Shown: positions 40,366 through 53,990, counted from the stretch's first letter. The stretch is DNA of 64,000 nt from the human T2T-CHM13v2.0 reference genome, Homo sapiens (GCF_009914755.1 NC_060934.1), one strand, 5' to 3'. A program made the numbers and translations. Notes: generated by a model not told the origin, from the letters alone.

Positions 40366-43312
40366 CCCTCAACCTGGTAAAGAACATTTATGAAAACCCT
40401 ACAGCTAATATCATACTTAATGGTGAAAGACCAGATGTTTTCCCTCTAAAATTTAAGAGAAGACAAGAATGTCCACTCTCACTGCTTCTATTCAATACCA
40501 TGTTAGAGATTCCAGCCAACACAATAAGGTGAGAAAAGGCAATACAAGGCATCAACATTGAAAATGAAAAGATGAAATTCTCTTTACTCACTAATATATC
40601 ATTTTCTACGGAGAAAAAATCTGGTGCACTCTGCAAAAACCTTGCTAGGACTAATAAGTAAATTTAACAATTTTGAAGGCTACAAGGTCAGTGTACAAGT
40701 ATCAACTGTATATGCTAACAATCTAAAATTGAAATTTAAAAATTATCATTTAAAATAGCATCAAAAAATGTAATCCTTAGGAATAAATCGGACAAAGAAT
40801 GTGCAAGATCTTATCCTGAAAACTTAAAAATTATTGCCAAAATGAAAGCAACCTAAATAAATTGAGAGATACACTAATCTATAGTGACAGAAAGCAGGTC
40901 AGTGTGGGAGAGGGATCAAAAGAAGTGGGAGAGAAATTACAAAGGGGCTAAAGGAAATAGTTCGAGATAACGTTTATGTTTATTATCTTGAGTATATAAT
41001 AGTTTCTCAGGTGCAAATATTTGTTAACACTCATACTTTACATATAGACACCTCTTTGTATATAAATTATACTACAATAAAACCTTTTTAAAAGATCAGT
41101 TCAGAGTATACCACTAACTCAAAATGATTATGTTTAGAAATTGGTTAAATTCCATATAGTACTACTAAAAATTGAGTCAACATGTTGCTTATAACTAGAG
41201 GAGGTAAAAACCACAAGGTTATTTTTCCTTTTGGCACATTTCTCATCTTATTCCATTTCTATGTTCAGTCTTATTTCTTAATCTTAAGAGAAATCAAATA
41301 ACAGCAACAGATATAATTAAAATAAAAACAAAGAAGTGTGAAGGGGATTACTTAGATGGGCGAAGCAGAATCTTGGCACTATTTGGCTAAGAATGTTGTG
41401 TATGAAGCATTATTTAGTCAGAGGGGAATGGTTGCTTTGTCTCTATCCCCTCAAAGGACAAGAAAGCAATCTTCACAAAAGTGAAATGTAAAGAAAAAAG
41501 TTGCATGAAAGTGATGGCTTTGAATGGTGGAATGGGTGCTCATGAGAGCAATTTATTTGTACACAGATGAAACACCTGGTACTCATGGAGAAAAGAGGGA
41601 TGAACAATCTGACTCAGGCTTCCTTTAGCCTTCCAGATCTTACTTCTTGTGTCTTTATAGTCATGCACTGCAGGTGTATAGCTTTCCCACATTTTTTCAT
41701 TATCAACCAAGAAACCCAATCTGAGTACATTGGCTTTTTATTTTTGGCAAGGCAGATGACTCAACCTCTGGAGAATGCTCCCCTGGCAAATCACTCAGGC
41801 AATCCCCAATCCACTTGCTGATTGCTCTCATCACAGGAGACCTAGAACAATTTCCTGAGCTGGGGGAGGAGTGGGCAGGTGAAGGGGATTAGATGGCTAT
41901 GACTGATGCTGCTTTCTCACTGGTCAATGGGGTGGAGTGGAGGACTTGGGGACTCTGGAGATTTCAGCCACACTTTCTAGGGATCCCTGTTGCATCCTAT
42001 AAAATAAAATGACATGTCACTCTGCATCTCTGGTCACTTCCCTAAAATGTGCCTCAAAACCATCTACTACAGAGGCCCTAAGTTTTTCTTTCCTTAAACA
42101 ATCCACCACTGCATAAAATGTATGCTTTATTCACGTGGCTTATCATCCATGCCCTCATCATCTGTGTGATAACATTAGCTAGGTGAGGACATATCCTCAC
42201 TTCTCTCAGTGGTTATTGCATTTCCTGTTAAGTCCTGGATCATTACATTTCCTAATTGATTGCTACCCCATCTTTGAAGCTGCAGCTGCTATTTTAAAAT
42301 CCCACCACAAAACTGTTTCAGTTACTTTAATTTTTGAAGATTCTCATGATGATGTCAGAGAAGCATTGATTTAGGAATCCATAATTACTACCACCAGTGG
42401 GTCAAAAGACTTGGAGTCCACTGTTATGAAAGGAGAAGAATCGGCATAGTCACTCATCCCTATGTAAGTAAATAGAAACCTTGGAGAAAACAAACCAAAA
42501 AGCCTCAATTCCATCACTTACTGCTCTTTTCCTTCCTAAACCTTACATATGCCTGTTAGCAGACAAAGCAGGCTTTTACCAAAAATGATATCTATACGAA
42601 TAAACAAGGTCAGCAATCAACTAGCTGTACTTACCAAGTAGAGTCTAGTATAGGAATACTGTCCAATGTGGCACTGGCCAGATCCCCAACTTCTGCTCTG
42701 AGAGATCACCTAATCCTTTAAAGAACAGCTGGTTGTCCAGAGAATTTTGGACAATAGAACAATCTTAGAAATCATCGTGGGGCTTGACAAGACTAAGAAC
42801 AATTTTTCTTTTGTTTGAGCAAAATTTACAGCTGATACTGAACATGTGGTATGAAGAAATGCACCCCCCTCACCTCGAAAAGGGGTGAATCTGATCAGTC
42901 AGGAAATTTAGAAGGCTGAGAATATGAGGTGTCTAGGTAGCAGCCTGGCCTGGGTACATCAGCAAATATCTATGTCTCTTGGTGGCTCCCCTTTCTTCAC
43001 TTAAAGGTCAGGTCAGGCAGGAAAAAATCTTTTCATTCTCAAGTACGATGGGTTTCTGAGAAGACAATAGAACATTGACTTTGGTTGGCCTTAGTTGGAA
43101 AGGGGCAGATTATGCAACATTATGATAGAATTTTTGCTTTGTTCCCAAGCATAGAGCCTTTTCAGGTTTTTCTAAACCTCAATTTTAATACTATCAATTG
43201 TGGGAAACTAAGTCGAACTAATTCACTTTTCCTACGTGTCCTAAAGAGGAAGGAGGCCAGATGACAGTTGTTTTCTATTAATAGGACTTATGCTTAAATG
43301 GGTTAATAATAT

Positions 43313-44112
43313 TGAAATGGGAGAGCTCCCTGGCCTCCTTGCAGGACATGCAATGTGGGTGTGGCTTTCTGTTAGGCCACCTCAGGCTCAAACCCCTTAT
43401 GGAGCAGGTGCAGGAACTGGGGCAAGTGCTTTTAGGCTCCAGCCCCATGGCAGTGTCTGAGGGTGGGTGTCTGTGACTCCCAACACCCAAGCGGGTGCAT
43501 GTTACAGTGTGCACCTTTAGCCTTGCTGTCCACAGATGGCTTAAGTGTTAACCAGCTCAATGGACCCTCTGCCTTTTTTCAAGGGCAGAGGGCCAGGTGT
43601 GACAGCTTTCTGTAACCCAAGCTCTTGTCCAGGGTCCCAAAAGAATCAGGTCACACATGGACTTGAAGGATGAATGCAGAGTTTTATTGAGTGGTGGAGG
43701 TGACTCTCAACAGGATGGATAGGGAACTGGAATGGAGATGGAGTGGGAAGATGATCTTCCCCTGGAGTTGGGCCATCTTAGCAGCCGAACTCCTCTCTGA
43801 CCACCCCCAGCCAAACTCCTCTCAGCATACAGACTCTCCTTCTCTTCTCTCTTTCTCTGCCACACCATTCTGCCATTTGTCTGCTTGTCTCCTCATCTCC
43901 TCATATCCTCATCTGCTTCTGGAGCCTGGGGTTTGGGGCTTATATGGATGGGGTTACAGGATGGGGGCGTGGTGGGCCAAAGGCAACTTTTGCGCAAAAA
44001 AACAGGAATTCCTGTCCTCATTTAGGGCTAGGATATCCAGGCTTGAGGGTAGGGCCTTTGCCAAGGAACTGTCCTCTTCTACCCAGTATTTCCCTGTCTC
44101 CTGTCCATATCA
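43313..44112 (-). mobile_element. ERV1 solo LTR, LTR1-family
   Basis: Reverse complement starts tgatatggacaggagacagggaaatactgggtagaagagg; TG...CA; 800 bp; perfect 4-bp TSD atat 43309-43312 / 44113-44116. Confidence 0.9.
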
Positions 44113-44884
44113 ATATTACTTTATTTTAAAAGAAAACTTAGCAAGAAGCATTCTTGGGTGTTTTATTGTAGGAATGTGAAGCCTATGAAAGAAGTAACTG
44201 GGTGAGATCTGGGGTGGGTGTGAGTGTTGGATTTTGACAGAAGTAAGGCTAGGAAAGCTTCTAAAGGGTGTTGTGTTGAGTTTCCAGTAAAAGTGGTAGC
44301 AGGAAAAGGAGAAGTAGGGGCACCCAGTCTCCCCTTCCTCCTTCCCCCATTTTCCTCCAAGTGCCATAAAAATGGCTGTCACTGAATCATCCACAAAATC
44401 CCCCTAAACTGACTCTGGGTGGAGTAGTAAGCAGATGGTAGAGGGGGTATGGGAGCTGCAGTCAGTAAGGAAGAGGAGGGAAGTCGTGGTTCCTATTAAG
44501 AGTTGTAGCTTAAGTAAGATATGAGCTGGTCAGAGACAGCTATAATTGGATTCTATATACGAAGTGATGTCACTTCTCAGTTCCTTAAATCTTTAGCCAT
44601 AATGGCCAATGAGGTTGACTGTGTCCCTATTCATTCTATTTTAATATAAGATTGCCAAGAAGTAAGTTGGAAACATTCAGGAGGTATTTAACACTAAGCC
44701 AACTTAGGCCCTCAAAGAAATGATTAGAGTTTAAAAAACAAAAACCTAGTTGACCAGCTGCCTCCTCCCTTAAAAAAATACCTGAACTTCCCGAAATGGT
44801 GATCTTCACATGTTCCATGATGGGCACAAACATCGCCCGAACAGTTTGTTTCCATTTGTTTCAGAGATGTTTACAAATGCTCAT

Positions 44885-45720
44885 TAAAACATTTTTAAGA
44901 CATCTTCTTTAAAATACTTATCAGATTATTCCAACATCTGTGTTGTCTCAGTAGTGTCATCTGTTGATTTCCTTCTCTCATTCCAGTTGAGAGTTTCCTG
45001 GCTCTTGGTATGATGGGTGGTTTTTTATCCTATTCTGAACATTTGGGGTGTTACATTATGAGGCTCTAGATCTTATGTAAATTTTTTGTTTTAGCTGGCC
45101 TGTGCTGAAACTGGACTGGTGGTGGAAGCCGGGCACTAACTCTTTATCACTGGAAGGAAGTGGAAGTCCAGACTCCCCAGCAGCCTCCATTGGTACCACC
45201 ATGGCAGGGAGCGGGGAGCTATTCATTACCAGCAGATGAGGGTTAGAAGTTCATGCTCCCTGGATAGTCTCCACTAAACTGAAGGAAGGCATTCAAGGAA
45301 GGGCAGCTCATCGCCACAGGGCGGAGGTAGAAATCCAGGCTGCCTACTTGACTTCCTGGGAGACCACCTCAGCATGGATGGAAAAGAGCACCTCATCACC
45401 TCCAGGTGAGGATGGAAGTCTAGGTTTTCAACCTATGCTTCTCAGCCTTTTCTACAAGGTAAAGGTATGACATGGATTCTTCCCTGGTATTTTGTTGGAG
45501 TAGATTATTTGTTGTCAAAATTTTAAAAAGAATATTGCATACATGATGTCCAGGAGTTTAGCTATAGTTAGTGATTAGTCCCTAACCAATCTACCTTCTT
45601 CTCTCCACCTTTCAGAGACTTTTTATGTTTGTTTTATGTATAATGTCTGGGTTTTTACCTGCATTTTATAGGAAGGCTAGGGAGAAATGCATTAAGTTCA
45701 TTTGTCTAGAACTGGAAATC
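44885..45720 (-). mobile_element. Old L1M 5' region
   Basis: Repeated g(t/a)ggaagtc(c/t)ag units and ttccaacatctg...tcatctgttgatt motifs typical of reverse L1M 5' ends. Confidence 0.65.
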
Positions 45721-46130
45721 CTACAGTTTGTCTGCTAAAATGTAAATTCCTGCCCACAACCCATCTAGGAAATTCTGTTTCCATTACATCAGCATGAAGC
45801 CCAGGAAACACTGAAGAAGTCAAGCACAGAAAAAAGGAAGAGGACACTGGTTAAGCTCCATAAATACAATAAACTGAATAATATGGTTATAAAAATGACC
45901 ATAATAATAAGAATCTGTTTTCAAATGATTGTCACATTCCATTCTCTTTGGCCCTTATGCCATTTACAGAAGAACCCAAGGTAGTGATATGACTTCTCCA
46001 AAGTCACACTGATAATCAACAGAAGAAAACAGAATCCAATTTGATTTCTGGCTTTTTGTTTTTGGCCTGCCTTAGCTCTGGAATTCTTCTGTGTTTATAG
46101 TCAGCTTCAGCCCTCCAAATTTTGTTAGGA

Positions 46131-46316
46131 CATTGGTTCTCAACCTAACCACATTACTAGGGATCTTTAAAAAATGCTTATACCTGAGACCACCCCACCC
46201 CTCACCCTCTCCTTCTCGGAAATTCCCATCTCGGGTCTAGGTTATGGCCGGAGCATCAGTATTTTACTTATTATCCCTAGATAATTTCAATGTGCAGCCA
46301 AGAATGAGACCACTGT
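46131..46316. mobile_element. MER5-type hAT-Charlie MITE
   Basis: TIR-like cattggttctcaa ... tgagaccactg; aatgtgcagccaag. Confidence 0.75.
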
Positions 46317-47149
46317 TTGTGTTTTTTTTTCTTCCTCAAGTAATTAATTGTAACCTTTCTCCTTTAAAGAAAAACACTAATTTTTTGCTAATAGCAATAA
46401 GGAGAAACAGCTGGAGCTAAAATATTGCGTCCAGGCCCCCTTTTGGCTAAGCCTTTGTCACAATTGTGTAGATGCTAAGCTGTCATGGCAAGTCATGTCT
46501 CAACAGCATTTAAGAGGATGAAAACATTCAGATGGCATTAAAAGAAGACATGGAGACAAGGGAGTGATAATGAATTGGCTCCCTAGTTTGCTACAAAGTG
46601 AATGTAGCTAGCCATCAAGACAGGGGTGGGAGTGACAGCAGCCAGAGCTGGATCACCTTTGCATCTTCCCATGTTTTCACTGGACGGATATTTCCACTGA
46701 GATTCCCAAATTAATATTTGTAAGTTATAAAAACAAGAAGACAGCAGCAATCAGGAGCACAATACTGACCCCAAGTGGAATAAAATCTAAACAGTACTTC
46801 AAGTCCCTGCAGAGGTGGGAGCTACAGGTTCTGATGGAAGAAAAACACCATCAGCTGGACAAAGCTGTTGAGTTTTAAAGATGCTTGGAAGAAACAAATG
46901 TGTTGATTTCTTTATCGGTAATAAGTTTTGATATAGAAGATAGTGAAGATAGTGGTGATTCATGAGGGACTATTTACTTTCAGGTGAATGTCCCACAAGT
47001 TAATTGTATACATAAATTTCTAATTATCAGTGTTTATGGGTATGCAGATAAGGTTAATAATCTTAAGGTAAATATAATCTGAAGCTTTTTCTGAAAAAAA
47101 AAAGCAAATTCTGAGAAAACTCTCAATAATCTTACCTAAGTGGAAATTA

Positions 47150-47194
47150 AATATATATATAATATATATATAATATATACTCTATATATATATA
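47150..47194. repeat. (TA)n-rich tract
   Basis: Seen directly. Confidence 0.85.
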
Positions 47195-48149
47195 GTAATT
47201 TGGCTTCTCAAAGCTTTGAAACTCATCTCTGGGTTCAGTGTTTATGAGTAGATATTGAAGAGCAGAGAAAGGCAAGTGCTCTGAAAGAGAAGATGGGATT
47301 AGGGGTTACTAAGACAAATATTGAAGGCTGCAAGCCCAACTCGGGGGCTTCTCCATCTCCTTCTTTGGTTACCCAAATGTGTTCACTTACCTGAGTGTGT
47401 TAAGAGGGGGATGGAAATTGTGGAGGAGACTTAGAAAGTAATTAATTAAACTTGTAACATCACTCTAGAAGGCTCTCTCTTGTTCTCTGCATCAGGTTTA
47501 GCTCAGCCTATGGCTTTGTGCCCATCTCTTGGGAAACACTCTATGGCCAATGAACTCCCCAAAAATCCTTCTGGTGAAAGATGCTGTCTTTATTTGTTAC
47601 CTTAAGGCCTCTTGAGTCCACAATATGGGGGGCAGGGGTGGAGAACCTCAGCCATAATAGACTATCAATGAAGAGGATGTCAACCAGTATTATTTGCAGA
47701 AATACAAAAGGCATACAGGTTAAAATAGGTGTGACTAAGGCCCTCAATGAGAATAGATTGTTGCTATGCACTCTCCTCATCCAGAAGTTAAATATCTTCA
47801 TCAGTCTTGATCAAAAATGTAACATATTATTTTTAAAAGGACAAAGTTTTCTACAAAATACATGAAACAAAACCAGAAACTAGATTGGAAAATATTGTCT
47901 CTTCCAACACTCTGCCAAGTCTCTGCCCCAGACCAGTGACATCTGAATCTCTGGGGAGCTGGGACAATGTCTCCCAAGTGTTCTTGATGATGAGAATTGC
48001 CTGGGTCCTTGCTACATCTAGAAACTCCCAGTCCCCCAGGCCATATCTCAGACCCAGTGTTGAATCTCCAGGGCTTGGGAGTCTGTATATTTCACATTGC
48101 CCAGCTGGTCCAGAGCGGGAGGTAGACCTTTACAAAATAATTATATAAA

Positions 48150-48435
48150 TATATGGTGCTGTGACAAAAAGTGAATAAGGAGCTATGTGAGCACCTAACT
48201 TAGGCTGAGGAATCCAGAAGACTTCTCAGGAAAAGCCCCTTTTGAATGCTGATGTAAAGATGAGTAAGAGTTAATTAGGTATGGTGAGGGCAAGGGGAGA
48301 AGGTAAATGTATATTTCAAGGATACAGGAAAAAGTGTGAGCAGGCTCTGGGAGCTTAGAGTCTAATAGCAGAAGTAGAACATGTACTCCAAACACTGGGA
48401 AACAGGGTCATATATTTTAAGTGCCATGGGGTAGG
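48150..48435 (-). mobile_element. L2 fragment
   Basis: gcacctaacttag...gacttctcaggaaaa...aaagatgagtaagagttaattagg. Confidence 0.6.
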
Positions 48436-49491
48436 AAAAAATACAAAATGCAATAAAAATCTGGAGTCAGAATTGTGATTGGGAAAGTGCGGGGGTGGGA
48501 CTGTAGAAGGACTCAGAGAATTTCTGTCCTCAGAGATGTAGACTTTCCGAGTAGAAGGCCGAGAATAGGCAGAGATGACAAGGGAATAGCAGGACTGTCT
48601 GTGAGCTGGCAGCAGTACAGGGCAGTGCAGGGAAGACGGCAGAGAGAATGGTGACCTATGGGGGCAGATCCCAGAGAGACTTGAGTGACAAGCTTAGGAT
48701 TTTTGTTTTTCTTTCCTATTTTTTCTTCTCCTGAGCCCTGCATTGTTTTGAAATTCCATTTCTAGTCTAACCCTTGGAATAGTTTCACCTATTATCAATA
48801 TTCCTACTTAAAATCTTCTCATCCTTTCAGTCTTTAATACTTCCATTTTATAATCATTTGAAAATACTCAGCTATGACACACCTCTCTCCAACCATCTTA
48901 AGTTTCCCAGGAAATAAGGAATTACAGATAGGCTATGTAGGTCTCTGTGCACCCAAATAAAAGCAGTAGTACAAAGCTTTTACTGGTTATTTTCCATTAT
49001 TCTTTGTATTTAACTTAGTTTAAATTAACTATGATTTTATTTTCAAATTAGTGTTCTCAAAGGAAAATATATTAGATTGAGGCTTTTCATTTGGAAAACC
49101 ATAATATTCTCATTACCATTTCAATGTCCGTTTGGTTATTAAAAGTGATAATTCATGCTGATGGGCAGCAGCCCTGAATGAAGGCCAATAATGAGAGAGG
49201 AGAGCATTCTTCAGGCTGCTAGGCCTCAGCTGCTAACCTCATCTACCCTCGCCACAGTGAGGGTCTGTCATCTCATAGTGCCTGGAATGGTCATGCAGAT
49301 GCAGTCAAAGATATCCATGGCATGGTGCCGCTTACAATATATTTTATGATTTCAATGTGTCTCTTGTTGTAGTTTAATTTAAATGGAATGAATGACTACT
49401 GGCTTGAAGCCATACTGATTCTTCTGGCTCTTTTATATCAAAAACAGCTTCACTCAGGAAATGGGATTTGGTTTAGGTACCCATAGGGAAT

Positions 49492-49842
49492 TTTCTGTGG
49501 TCTGAATGTGTCCTTTAAAATGTGTGTAAAGGACACAAATTGGAACTGTAATCTCCAGTGCAGCCATGTTGGAAGGTAGGGCCCTTGGGGAAGTGTTTGG
49601 GTGAAGGCTCTGCCCTCATTAATGGATTAGTGCCTTATAAAAGGGATTGATGGAGGCAGTTCTTCTCTTTTTTTGCCCTTCCACTTTCCGCCATGTGAGG
49701 ATGCAGCAAAAAGACCCTCACCAGATGCCACTGCCTTAATTTTGAACTTCTCACCCTCCAGAACTCTGAGAAGTAAACTTCTGGTCATTATAAATTACCC
49801 AGTCTGTGGTATTATGTCATAGCACAAGTGGGCTAAGATACA
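49492..49842 (+). mobile_element. MSTC/MSTD-like MaLR solo LTR
   Basis: tggtctgaatgtgtcc...ctctgccctcattaatggatta...ccatgtgaggatgcagc...tataaattacccagtctgtggtatt...ctaagataca. Confidence 0.85.
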
Positions 49843-50967
49843 GTCTAAAGAAACTTAAAAAATAACCAATGACTGAGGTGGATCTTAGGACCAGCCCCCG
49901 CTCTGGTCCTCTCCAGGGCCGCTTGTTCTCTCAGGGTGTCTCTGCTTCTCTCTGTAGATATGCTCTCCCTTCACTCTCTCCCCTCCAGCCTTTGCTGCTC
50001 ACTAAATCTTCTTGCATCTCAGTCTTGCTCAGAGCCCATCCTGGCCACAACCCTCTTTAGAATCCTCTTAAATTCCAACTCCCACTGTTGAAGGACCCAA
50101 CGTCTTTCTTCCAGATACAAATTCTTAAGAAAGTATGTGATTGGCTCAGCTTATCCCAGTGTACTGAAGTAGTGAATGCCCACACAAGGTGGTATTCAAA
50201 TTATTATAGTTAGCAATTAGCTCTGCACTTACACAGAAAAATCAGAATCAAAGCTGCCTGAGGCCTGCACCAGGGTCCTCTAAACCCCTTAGTCTCACAG
50301 GGGTTAACTCTTTAATTCCTGGAAAGTTGAGAAGAGAGATGGGCTTAGACAGCCAGTTCAGTGGGAGGGTACCAGGAAGGCTTAGGGTAGCCATCATTTT
50401 CAATAGAGAAATACTCCATTATTTTAATTACCAATATGGCCGTACTGGTATGGACCATTGAAAACTCTGAATCACTGAGGGTAGGGAGGCACAGGGCCAT
50501 GAAATACACAATATGACCACCATAGACAGTGGTCTGGTTTTAACAGGCATTTGAGACTCAACCTGTCCAATACCTATGGGTATATTTGAAAAAGTTATGA
50601 ACCTTGAGGACAGTAAGAACTTAAGGTTTTAGTTTTCATTAAACTCCCTCATAGAACTATTCATGTTCTCCTACACTAAGGGGACTGAATCAATTCAGTG
50701 TCATCTGACCAGTGAGTGAGGGCTCCCCTGGGTAGGAGACCAGGTGTTGCATATATCCAGCTATGGGGCTTTGGACGCAAGGTTTTTAGCTTCCACAACT
50801 TACAAGTGATGAGCTTGTATTGGACAGACGCTGCAATCCCTTTGCCACTTCAGATTCCTCTTGTGTTTATGGGGGATTATTTTAAGATTTGTGAGCAAAG
50901 GTACAGGCCGTGCCAGCTTCAGGAAGGAGGAGGAAAGGCAGAAATGCAACTTTATTTGGATAAATTC

Positions 50968-51192
50968 AGCACAGCAATGAAGTACATAGGCTCTAGGATC
51001 CAATCCTGACTCAACCAATTGTAGCTGGCATAACCTTGAACAAATTATTCAGTCTCTCTGCCTCCATTTTTTCATCTGTAAATGGGAATAATGAAAAGAC
51101 TTCACAGTGTTGATATAAAGAACAAATAAGACAGTCCATGTAAAGTATTTAAATCAGTGCCTAGCACACAGCAGGCACTCAATTAAATATTA
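50968..51192 (+). mobile_element. MIR
   Basis: accttgaacaaattattcagtctctctgcctccattttttcatctgtaaatgggaataat...gtgcctagcacacagcaggcactcaat. Confidence 0.85.
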
Positions 51193-51234
51193 AACAATAT
51201 TATCATTAGAAGTCACCCCAGGAAACTTCTATTC

Positions 51235-51299
51235 ATTACCTCATTTAAATATTTAAGTATTTAAAAGATAAATATACTTAAATATTTAAATGAGGTAAT
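51235..51299. repeat. Perfect 26-bp inverted repeat with 13-nt spacer
   Basis: attacctcatttaaatatttaagtat (51235-51260) and its exact reverse complement at 51274-51299. Confidence 0.97.
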
Positions 51300-51387
51300 T
51301 AACCACACAAGATACTGTTTTTATTAATTTCATATTATCCATGAGAAAAACTGAGGCTGGGAGAGATATTTTAATTCACCTAGGTAA

Positions 51388-51604
51388 AAGGTTGATCAGC
51401 TTTTCTCATAAAGGGCCAGACAGTAAACATTTTGGGCTTGGCAGTCTGTATAGTCTCTGACGTAAGTACTCAATTCTGCCATTATAGCTGAAAATAGCCA
51501 CAGACAATAGTAAATGAATGGACAGAGCTCTGATTCAATAAAATTGTATTTATAAAAGCAGGCTGGCTGGCCCTTGGCAAGCAGCCATCATTTGTCAACC
51601 CCTG
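51388..51604. mobile_element. MER58A-like hAT-Charlie MITE
   Basis: taaagggccagacagtaaacattttgggctt...aagtactcaattctgcc...agccacagacaata...tttgtcaacccctg. Confidence 0.85.
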
Positions 51605-51802
51605 GCTAAAATCATACAAACAATTGGCAGTTAGGATTTGAACTCAAGAGAATCAATCTATCCACTACACCAGAGATTTTCTAGTTCTTCTTTTGGTAAA
51701 AACTTTTTTTACAATGAAACTTTATGAAGAACCCAGGGTATAAATTAGAGCCACTTAACACAGACTTCTCTTAACCATCACAACTACTTTCCTTGAATAA
51801 GT

Positions 51803-52290
51803 CTGTGGTTTTCAAACCATACGGGTTTGATACAAATGCAGATCTGGGCTAGGCATGGTGACTCACGTCTGTAATCCCAGCACTTTGGGAGGCCAAAACA
51901 GTTGGATTGCTTGAGCCCAGGAGTTCAAGAACAGCCTGGGCAACATGGTGAAATCCCATCTCTACAAAAAAAAGAATACAAAAACTAGCCAGGCATGGTG
52001 ATCCACGCCTGCAGTCTCAGCTACTCAGGAGGTTGAGATAGGAGGATCAATTGAGCCTGAGAAGCTGAGGCTGTAATGAGCCGTGATCATGCCACTGCAC
52101 TTCAGCCTGGGTGACAAACAAAGCAAGACCGTGTCTCAAAGAAAGAAAAGAAAAATGTAGATCTGGAGATCCCTACTTCCATGAGCCCAGGTTCAGATGG
52201 CCTGGAACAGTGTCAAGTGATGTATATTGTTTACAAGCTCCCAGGGGATTCTGACCCAGGGAGTCCTCAGACCACTCTTTGAGAAACATG
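51803..52290. mobile_element. MER5-type MITE interrupted by AluJ
   Basis: ctgtggttttcaaac ... acaagctcccaggggattctga...accactctttgagaaaca. Confidence 0.7.
51847..52152 (+). mobile_element. AluJ
   Basis: ggattgcttgagcccaggagttcaaga J-type; TSD aaatgcagatctg 51834-51846 / aaatgtagatctg 52153-52165. Confidence 0.95.
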
Positions 52291-53429
52291 GATATAAGGA
52301 TATTCCATTAAATGTGAAAAAATTTAATTATCCAAGCTGGTTTCATTGAAGATAGAAGAACAAAATAACAGGTATCAAGACATAGAACCTGAGTTTCAAC
52401 ACTGACTTCACAGTTTTGCCTTGGATTTGAGACAGGGATTAATCTATTTTGGTATAATCGGTGTCATTGCCTAAAAGCCCGTTAGGTGCTTTGAAACACA
52501 ATGAGCCACTCCTACTATGTCATAGATTCCCTTGGCACCAGATCTTATTAATATGAAGTACACGTTGAATCTTTCCTTAACTCTGCTATGAATCTAACAA
52601 GAAGCTACAACAGTCGTACAAGAATTCCCTCAAGACATTAGGTTGGAAGATTGGTGATAGGAAATTACTCCAGTAGCTTCATTGAAAAGAACTCTGACAA
52701 GCTCTGACACATGTCCAGAGAGTAAAGGCAATATCGAGTTATAGGACAAAGAGGTATCAAAAGAGTGTCTGCTCCAAGCAGCCAGGGACAGCTCAGTACA
52801 AGGAGGGCTCAAACAGGACACCCAGCGGGCAGATGCCTGAGAAGCTTGGGCTGTTACCTAGTTACATTTCTAGAAGAATACTTTTAGCTGAACAAAGCAC
52901 AGGCAATTAAATGTTCAATATCATTGTAAGTGCTGAAATGTCCTCATAAAACTTGAAGATCTGTGCTTTCTGAGTCCACAGAGAACAGTCTGCACTTTTC
53001 TGGGCTATAAACTTGGCCTACAGGGAGAGCTAGTAAGAAGGGTCTGCCTTTTTTTTTTTTTTTTTTTTGGCTGGTCTCCTTCTTCCTTGGCTTCTCTGAG
53101 GCCACCTTCAGGAGACATTTGGATGTCCATATCTGGCTTGTCCCCAGGCAACTGGAACTGCTAAAAACAGACCCACTAAATAACCACTCCCCACATAACT
53201 AAAAGCTAGAAACAGCATGAGGTCCCTGCCTGTGAGGGTCTCCAAACATTTCCTTCTACCTTAGAAAAGCTTCCTCCCAGTCTTGCTAAAGCTTAAAGGG
53301 GCACAGCTCCATAAACACTCTGTCAAAGGCTCTTGCTTTTCCTGAGAAGCTGACAATCTGGCCCCCCTTTAGGGCTGCTTCAGGAGATAAAATAGAGAAC
53401 CCACCAGCCTCAAAGTTGGAATAAAACAA

Positions 53430-53990
53430 TAATGGCAGCAGTTACAATTTATTGAAGGCCTATACTATGTGTCAGACTATTTGCTAAGCACTTATCTATA
53501 CTAACTCATTTACTCTCACCACAACTTTAGGAGGTTGTTTTATATAGGTTCTTGCCACTCAAAATCTGGTCCAGGACTAGAAGCATAGGCCTCATTGGGA
53601 GCTTGCCAGAGCTGCAGTCATGGGCCCCACCCAAACCTACGAAACCAGATTCAGCATTTTTAACAGGCACTCCAGTTAATGTTTGTGCATATTCAGTTGG
53701 AGAAGCACTGACTCAGTTCACAAATGAATAGCTGAATCATCTTCCTTCCTTACTACCTTCCTTAATCTTCAGGTAAGCACTGGTTTTCTTACCTGAAAAA
53801 AAATGGAGTTACCAATAATCACTTCCACTTGCTGAGCACACTGCCATGCGCACACACATTGCCACTCATCCTCACAACAGCCCTGAAATGCTGGCAGATT
53901 CCCATGTTGCAAACCAAAACCAAGGCCACAAGCAGTCAAACAGCTTCCCCTTGCAGAGTTAGAAAGCAGCAGCCTTCTCTGCATGTCTAA
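53430..53990. mobile_element. Cluster of MIR fragments (minus) and a MER5A-like MITE (about 53545-53710)
   Basis: tttattgaaggcctatactatgtgtcagac..., ggccccacccaaacctac...cagttggagaagcactg, catcctcacaacagccctg. Confidence 0.7.

Larger units (their letters stand above)
37545..41090 (+). mobile_element. Old internally deleted L1M: 5' region, ORF1 and ORF2 remnants, 3'UTR
   Basis: ORF2 remnants GPDVSTGKFHQTFKGEII..LHKLFQKI..EG (39414-39698) and [17 protein letters not shown]...[11 protein letters not shown] (40380-40530); ends tactacaataaaacc. Confidence 0.85.

Noticed and set aside
40175-40532. Lys/Glu/Arg-rich ORFs
   Set aside because: Translations of the purine microsatellite plus an L1 remnant.
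42391-42404. CTCF-like ccaccagtgggtca
   Set aside because: Mismatches at two core positions.
43691-44179. 162-aa ORF
   Set aside because: Lies antisense within the LTR1-type LTR; no recognisable protein features.
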